Under the pieces are notes generated by a model. It was not told where the DNA came from and searched no databases. It saw only the letters and a program-made list of their open reading frames with translations. From Eledone cirrhosa (lineage: Eukaryota): a stretch of 64,000 nt of DNA. Below are positions 56,793-64,000 of the stretch, piece after piece. The stretch is taken from NCBI GenBank assembly GCA_964016885.1, contig OZ024750.1:53134001-53198000 (forward strand), in the 5' to 3' direction. Both the position numbers and the translations under genes were made by a program. Position 1 is the first letter of the stretch, and each line of letters starts with the position of its first letter.

Positions 56793-57340
56793 GAAGACCA
56801 TACGCTATCAGTTTAAAGTAGTGACTATGTCACTTCTTTTCAGCGAAAGAAGGGAGAGAAGCTAACAGTCTGTTTCACACTGTTTGGCGATCATCAGAGC
56901 CACGCATCCCCTGGTTACGGCGAAAATTATAGAAGCTGGATTCTTATAGAATTCTAGTAATAATCAGGAACTGATTATACAGAGCGATTGCCGGTCCAGC
57001 AAAAATTAGGTAATTAGATTGGTGCTCTGAAATAGCGATATATACACAAATGTATGTATAGCATATTTGACAATATACCGTATGTTTAATTAAAAACATT
57101 TAGAAGACCATAGGCTATCGGTTTAAAGAAGTGACTATGTCACTTCTTTTTGGCGAACAGCGTGAAACAGACTGTTAGCTTCTTTCCCTTCTTTCGGCGA
57201 AAAGAAGTGACATGGTCACTACTTTAAACTGATAGCGTATGGTCTTCTAAATGTTTTTAATTAAACATATGGTATATTGCCAAATATACTATACATACAT
57301 TCATGTATACATTGCTATTTCAGAGCACCAATCCTAATAC
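56793..57340. mobile_element. ~310-bp hammerhead-bearing unit with terminal direct repeat and inverted extension
   Basis: GAAGACCATA..CACTTCTTTT at 56793 and 57103. 57151-57340 is the reverse complement and spans the unit junction. Confidence 0.8.
56861..56900 (-). ncRNA. Type I hammerhead ribozyme
   Basis: GCU-CUGAUGA-U-CGC-CAAACA-GUG-U-GAA-ACAG-A-CUGU-U-AGC. Confidence 0.75.
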
Positions 57341-57363
57341 CATATATATATATATATATATAT

Positions 57364-57404
<41 letters not shown>

Positions 57405-58997
57405 CATAGAAAAATGCCAGTCACAGGATATAGAATGTTAATAAATTACTGGTGTATTGGTTTAAATGCTGTATTATACTACAGAATATCTATAGATTTT
57501 AGTCAACATTATATAGAATGGAAAGGAGTTAAGATCAGATCAAAGAAATTATGTGATTGCTATGTGAACTCCTGCATGTGTCTTAAAAGTATAAACTAGC
57601 CTGGCATTACCATATTTCTCATATTTCTCATACTGTCTATGATTTACGATATATACTCTTTTTTTTTTTGGGTTACATATTCCTCGACTTATATTGGGTT
57701 ATACAGTAGTAATATCGCTGATTTTATTATTATAAGCTGGTGTTTGTAATTTAATAAAATGTTCTTGTATAAAATGATGATGGAAGGTGTAAACCTACCT
57801 CTTTTGTTATCAACCCAGTCAAAACTGGCCTGGTTCACATCAAACAAAACAACTCAGAAAAATTGTTACTTTAAATATAATCTTCCAACATAATTCTATA
57901 TAAGAACCATAAGTTAAGTTACTATTCCAGTAATGAAATACTTAATAAATTTAATATATCCCTTAAAATTATTCCTTAATTAATACTTATTCTGAGTATT
58001 ACTTAGTAATTTTACACACACAAACACGCACGCAGTAAATCCAATGTGAAAGTCAACATACAAATGTATTAAATGATTCATTTGCAAATGTTTCATGGTT
58101 GATGTAGTTTTGTTAATCAGACCATAACATTGTTCACGGAATGAGATCAAGTTCACTGATCACTGATCAAATATGATCTCAGTTGAAATTCTTGGTGTGG
58201 AAAAATCTAACATTTTCCTTTAAAGAAGAAAATATCACCATGGTTACGAAGATTTATTACGATCAATAATGAATGATGTGGCTAAATGGTTAGGGGGTTG
58301 GAATTATGATCATAAAGTGATGGGTTCGGATCCTGGATCAGGTGACACATGCTCTTGAGCAAGATACTTCATATCATGTTGCTTTTATTATATGACTGAG
58401 GCCTCATTAAATCACCTGAGAAACCTATGAGAAACGACTGTATTGGAGTCCAGCTAAACCTGCATTTTGATTTGCTTTACTATTGCAGCGTGTAGTTGTT
58501 CTGATCGGGCAATCTTAGGATCAATTTTGTCCCAATCATGACCATTTTGTTTTATATTCAGAGTATATCTGGGATGAAATTATTTAATATACACTTCACT
58601 TCTTTTTGGGATTTAGCTGCTATTTCTCACCAGTTGAGTGACCACATAGAGGCTTTGTTGTCCCTGTATGATGATGATTGTTGTAGTTATCATCTTCATG
58701 ATTTTCCATGCCAACATGGCTCAAATGGACCACACAGTGTTGGTCTTTGTCATCCAGAAATAACTGGATAACTTTGTTTTGTATGTCTGCTTTTCTTCCC
58801 TTTTTGCATGGATCTTAGTCTTCTCACTGCCCCACATGAACTGGGTGCAGTTTATTGTGTCACTAACATGGAAGAGGTTGTATTCAATTGGACTAAAGAA
58901 TCTACTTTTTGAGTTATTGTCTGCATCATTATTGTTGACATAGTTTTGTATACAACTGGATGTTCTTCCTATCATCAACCACTTTTCTGAATTGTAT

Positions 58998-59237
58998 TTA
59001 ACCCTTTCATTACTGTATTTCTAATGAGACACTGCCTGTCGTGTCAAATAATTTTGAAATTAATCAAGAATTTGAAGGACTTTAGTAATATAATTTTCTC
59101 ATTATTAAGCTGGTGTTTGGATGTAACTTAACAAAATTTCTTACATAAAATTATGATGGAAGATTTTTAGGTAAATATAAGAAGCACTTTGTATGATAGA
59201 ACGAAAGGCAGTTTCATGCAGTTTGGTAATGAAAGGG
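58998..59237. mobile_element. piggyBac-like MITE
   Basis: TTAA followed by perfect 12-bp TIRs CCCTTTCATTAC / GTAATGAAAGGG; the right TTAA is decayed. Confidence 0.75.
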
Positions 59238-59956
59238 TTGTGTCACTGGTATGAGAGAATTTGTCTGTGAAAGGAGCTAAATAGTTCCCTCTACCTTGCA
59301 TCGGTTTTTTTTTAGAGTTATTGTCAAGTTGAGTTGTCTTATTTCTTCCTTACTTTTATTGTATGTGTCTAAATACAGAAATCCCTCACATCAAAACTCT
59401 GCTTATGTATTTCTACATGTATGGAAATTATAATGCATTACCAATAATCTGCAATTAGCTCTTATGAAAACTCAATTCGGACACTGGTCCTTCATCAGAA
59501 GATAGAATGGGAAATAAAAGATGAAATAGCAAAAGGACGTCTGTATTGAGTCAGCCATTTAAATAATATATAGTGTGGACTTGTCTGTTGTAAGAGTATG
59601 TCCAGTATAACATCCTTATTCAAGATAGCAAGATAGGTGGAAGTGAAGGTCAGGAGATTATGTTGACCTCTCATGTTAAAACATGTATTATCACACCTTT
59701 CACTATATTTACTATTGTATATTCATGGTAAACATCTGGAATAATCTCGATATTTTTGATGATGTTTATTTTTAGAACAATATATTAACAGATGTGAAAG
59801 GTTGGCTAAAGCTGGATTGAACAGAGGGGAGAGAATTATAGCCATTTTCAGCATTTAAACCGGCTGTATCTGGCCAGAACTCTCTCCCACCTCTTTCTGT
59901 TCAAAATAGCTGTAACTGGCCGCTCATACCTATATTAAGGTATTGTTCTCAAAATA

Positions 59957-60351
59957 CGAGGCCAATCCCAAAAGTAAGGTCTCCTTACGATATTGCAATT
60001 TTTCCGTTAAAATCCTGCGGATGGTGCTTCGGGAAACCTCAGGATCCAAAATGCAGAGAGCATCCAGAGTGATCCGCTGATCTTTACGCATGTTTTCCTC
60101 GGAAGGAGACCTTACTTTTGGGATTGCCCTGGTATATAATAACTGTGCGAAATTCGCACTTGGCGGTAGCGTTCAATGGGAGTTCCATTCTCAACGGCTG
60201 CCAAGCCAAGATTGAGCATCCCAGCGAAGCGCGCACATGCTTGTTTGGGAATGAAGGAAGCACCAATCACAAGAGTGTTGGCCAACAGCCGTACGAACAG
60301 TTTCTCTGCGTCCCCATCGCTTTGGAGACCTTACTTTTGGGATTACCCTCG
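59957..60351. mobile_element. mariner-derived non-autonomous element with three TIRs and TA target sites
   Basis: TA-CGAGGCCAATCCCAAAAGTAAGGTCTCC, with reverse complements at 60105-60132 and 60324-60351, each followed by TA. The minus strand encodes MELPLNATAKCEFRTVIIY, resembling a mariner transposase N-terminus. Confidence 0.85.
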
Positions 60352-60913
60352 TAAATATCAAAATCTCATAAATTCGATATTATGGGAGATAATTATGTAA
60401 ATTAAAGCCTTTACTGTGAAAATACAATAGTATATATAGATTAATATAAATGCTAAAAGGTTAAGGGTTAATCTTTGTCTTAGATAGATTTAAGGCCGAA
60501 GACAAAATTCAGCAACAAAATTCATTGCAAAACCCCTCAATGCTGAATATCTACAGTAGGAACCTAACAAAGGTAAAATTAGGTGAAATGTTCAAGCAGG
60601 TAACTCCTTAATTGCCTAGAAATTTCATTTTTTCCATAGATCTGATGTGATGTTTAATATGAAATAACTCTGAAGTGTGTCGATCAACAACTGGACTGGG
60701 TGTATTGTGTCTGCCTAAAAAATATGATGATTTAAGCAAACACTAATCATTTATCCCTGTTTATTTACATGTTTCTCTTTAAATGTTTTGTTGTTGTATA
60801 TATCGAATTCTAGGTGCTTAAATAATGATTATTTCATATATATATAAAACTTACATTGTATTGACTTCTACCAGGGAAGCCAATGGTTTTGAATGGAGGT
60901 GTACATGAAAGCA

Positions 60914-61166
60914 ATGTAGATATGAACCTGTATGATAGGGGCATCGTAGTGACATAGTGTTTCTAAACATGGCAGTCTATCCCCAGATTTGAACACAACT
61001 GATTTCAGAGAGAGAAATTGACTGCACTATTGGACTGGTTATTTTTTATCGACCTGGAAAAGATGAAAGGCAAAGTTAACCTCTGGGATTTGAACTCAGA
61101 GCACAAAGAACCAGAATGAATACCACAAATCATTCTGACTTTCTAATGACTCTGCCAATTAGCCAC
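60914..61166 (-). mobile_element. Older SINE with 10-bp TSD CATGAAAGCA
   Basis: TSD at 60904-60913 and 61167-61176; core and B box are visible. Confidence 0.75.
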
Positions 61167-61199
61167 CATGAAAGCATATATAATATATTTTTGTATAAT

Positions 61200-61373
61200 T
61201 GTTTCTACTTTTGGCACAAGGCCAGCAATAACTCAGTGCATTACTGGTACTTTATTTTATCTACCCCGTCAGGATGAAAGGCAAAGTTTACCTCAGTGGG
61301 ATTTGAACTCAGAATGGCAAGGGCTGTAACTCTATGCGTCCAACCCTTTACCGATACTGCCAATCCACCACCC
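61200..61373 (-). mobile_element. SINE with 15-bp TSD ATATTTTTGTATAAT
   Basis: TSD at 61185-61199 and 61374-61388. Confidence 0.9.
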
Positions 61374-61730
61374 ATATTTTTGTATAATAAACATACATAA
61401 GTCTTGCTGTGAGTATTTTAAGCAGTGATCATGTCACAGCAACCTTAGTAACCATGTGAGAATGCCAGGTTATCACAACTTGAAATACTCATAGCCAGAC
61501 TTATGTATGTTTATTATACATAAACATATTGCATGTACTTTCATATACATCTCCATTCTCAATCAGACTATGTTAGTGTTACTGTTAATTAAATAGGTTT
61601 TCATTTATGGAATTCAATATTAAGGCAAAAATTTCAGGTATAAATCCTTGTGTGTGAAAATTAGTCTGATGAAACTTGTGATCTGTATTAGCAGACATAC
61701 AATAAATTCAATTTCATATGCCACAGCATA

Positions 61731-61733
<3 letters not shown>

Positions 61734-61795
<62 letters not shown>
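61734..61795. repeat. (TG)n microsatellite
   Basis: Directly visible. Confidence 0.98.
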
Positions 61796-61796
<1 letters not shown>

Positions 61797-61983
61797 TATA
61801 ATGTCACTCATTAGATCTGCTCTGCTCCATATATATAAAGATATTTCCTCATCAATGTTACCACCTATAAAATCATTAGTTTCAACTGAAAGGATTGCTT
61901 TTGATTTAATCTTACATGTATAACGCACACGACCTAACAAACCAAACCAATGACATTTTTTTCTTTCTCCTTCAACCGTTTAG

Positions 61984-62058
61984 GTGGTAGAAGAAATGAT
62001 GGATTGAAAGCAGCCGATATTGTTCCAATTCTCAGAGAAAGAGTGGCATATCTTTCAG
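61984..62058 (+). CDS. trio: Internal 75-bp coding exon (phase 1-1) of the Trio/Kalirin RhoGEF gene, start of the SEC14 domain
   Basis: Branch-like CCTAAC, polypyrimidine tract and TTTAG acceptor; CAG|GTAAGA donor. The peptide GRRNDGLKAADIVPILRERVAYLSG closely matches the recalled Kalirin/Trio N-terminus (RNDGLKASDVLPILKEKVA..SG). Confidence 0.9.
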
Positions 62059-62856
62059 GTAAGAGTTATCTTCTCATATCTAAACAGCTTGAATGCAGCA
62101 TAGTTCAATGGTTAAGAAGTTCCAGGTTTGATCACACTGCTGATATCCTGGGCAAGGTTGACCCAAGCCTTGTCATGGAAACTGTTTATAAGCCTGCCTG
62201 CTGTACTGTAACCTTGTCAGACAATGCCGCTGTGTATCTTGTTGAAAATTACATGAGGAGTCTGTCGAATGCTCAATCACTTACACAGCAATTCAGTAGC
62301 AGGTTGATCCATTGATTGAACAAGTTGAGCACTAGATAAAACTGACAGGAGTCTATTTCATCTTAATTTTAAACATTCCTCATTTTCTTTGAGAAACCAT
62401 ATTTCTACTGAAAGACACTGCCAATGTGTTTCAGTTTATTTTTAAAAATAATCAAAAATGTAGGAGAAATTAGTAAAATAACTTTTTCATTAGTAAGCTG
62501 ATGTTTGAAGCTTTACTTTTAAAATAAATTCTTTAATAAAATTATGATGGAAGTATTATTAAGTATGAACATTTTAAAATGTACAGTATTGTATCACAAA
62601 AACTATGCAGTTTTGGGCAGGTTGGTATCTAAAGAGTTAAGTTATATTTCAAACATTATAAAATGGAAAAAAATTATTTTATAAAAACCCACACAAGTCT
62701 TAAGCATTAATTAAAAACATAGGGAGTGTATTTCATTAGAAATATGGTCTCAAAAGGGTTAAATGGAAAAAAAACAACATTTATATCTTTGAACCCTTCA
62801 CCTTGACCACGTGAGTGGTCATCACAAACATCTCTGATAAAATTATTACCCAGTTA

Positions 62857-62983
62857 CCGTATTTCCCGGCGTCGAAGACGCGACTTTTTCTCCTAAAATA
62901 GTCTAAAAAATCTACTATGCGTCCTGGTTGTCAAAATTAGGGTGTCCTCAAGGACGAAGTATCTTCGGTGCTGGGAAATGCGG
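62857..62983. mobile_element. pogo/Tigger-like MITE
   Basis: TA-CCGTATTTCCCGGCGTCGAAGAC ... ATCTTCGGTGCTGGGAAATGCGG-TA: imperfect TIRs with TA target sites. Confidence 0.75.
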
Positions 62984-63104
62984 TAGCCTATTCATTATAT
63001 TTCTATATTATTCTATCCATATATCTGAGGTGGAGGGGCATATTAATCTAACAGAGGAGTTTTCATTAAAGTTACATTTGTGATCCTTAAGAGAACTCCT
63101 CTCT

Positions 63105-63880
63105 TACATTAACAAATCCTCTAACCACCCTAACTCTACCCGTAACTCTATAGTTAGAAACATCTCACACAGAATGTCGAGGCTATCGGCCAATGAGGAC
63201 CTTTTCGACCAAACCGCTGATTACTACAACAAAGCACTGGCCAAATCGGGATATAACAATAGGATTTCCTACATCCAGGACACTAGTTCTATTAAGTCCC
63301 CCTCCCGTAGGACTGGTATAATGGCGAGGCGCACCAATAATCACTGCGGCCGTGTGCTTGATAATAAGAAATACGGGGGTGGAAGCAACATTGTGACTGG
63401 CCCACTACAATATCACTACAGTAATAATAATCGGCCAGGTAGATCTCGGAAGCGGTGCCAATCTAATTCAGACGATGTAACTAGAAATAACTTAATAGAA
63501 AAATTCCTCGCATACAGGCACAACAATGGAGACAGCATTTTACCTACACCTACCAACAAACATAGAGTAACTCAGGTCGGCCCCTCTGGGGGAAGGTTAA
63601 TACATGGGATGAATGGAAACAATGTACGCAGTAGACAACAGTTCAACTGCCGCAGTAGAAACACCCACCATGGCAGGAACGACAGGCCCAATGACAACAC
63701 GGAAACGCCTCTCTAATATCCTATGGTTCCTTCTCCCCTACTCTAGGAGTATCGCTTCAAACATAACTACAATCTTCTTTGACGCCTTAGAGAAAAACTT
63801 ACCACCTAACCATTGAACCATAAGATCCTAAACAAGAATAACATCAAAATCTCGTACTCCACTACACCTTACTTAGCTGA
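63105..63880 (+). pseudogene. Penelope-like retroelement fragment (RT thumb and linker region), frameshifted
   Basis: YINKSSNHPNS..RNISHRMSRLSANEDLFDQTADYYNKALAKSGY, then RKR..NILWFLLPYS..., then HKILNKNNIKISYSTTP in shifted frames. These match the recalled PLE motifs SNHP, WFNPPYS and IKISYS. Confidence 0.85.
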
Positions 63881-64000
63881 TCAGCACTTATAAACCAGAG
63901 GAAGCTCACTAGAATCAAATCATCCTGTAATGCCAACATTGGAATGCCTGACAACCTTAATTATTATAACAATACCAATAGCAATAATAGTAACCAGGAT

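Noticed and set aside
61950-62315. 121-aa ORF as a complete gene
   Set aside because: Only 61984-62058 is exon-like; the rest is a polypyrimidine tract and an intronic SINE remnant.
63814-63816. In-frame TGA as possible selenocysteine in the Penelope-like ORF
   Set aside because: Homologous motifs continue in a different frame, so this is a frameshift in a dead copy.

Overview
AT-rich, repeat-dense animal DNA. It is most likely from an octopus-type cephalopod, inferred from tRNA-derived SINE families recalled from Octopus genomes and not verified by a search. Bases 1-22504 are a 26-bp satellite with higher-order structure; all the long ORFs there are artefacts of a stop-free monomer. The remainder holds minisatellites (40-bp, 45/48-bp), SINEs, MITEs and decayed mariner, RTE, CRE and Penelope-like fragments. 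One host exon is well supported: 61984-62058, the start of the SEC14 domain of Trio/Kalirin. Most interesting is a cluster of non-coding repeat units carrying minimal type I hammerhead ribozymes. A ~473-bp unit forms a tandem array that folds back into a spacer-less 1.4-kb palindrome (52346-54630), has a diverged sister copy at 49546-50228, and carries a conserved octamer plus TATA-like module upstream of the ribozyme. An unrelated ~310-bp unit (56793-57340) and several solo hammerhead motifs are also present. Together they look like retrozyme / Penelope-mobilised circular-RNA elements with an unusual U-U closure of helix II. Ribozyme activity and transcription are inferred, not shown.
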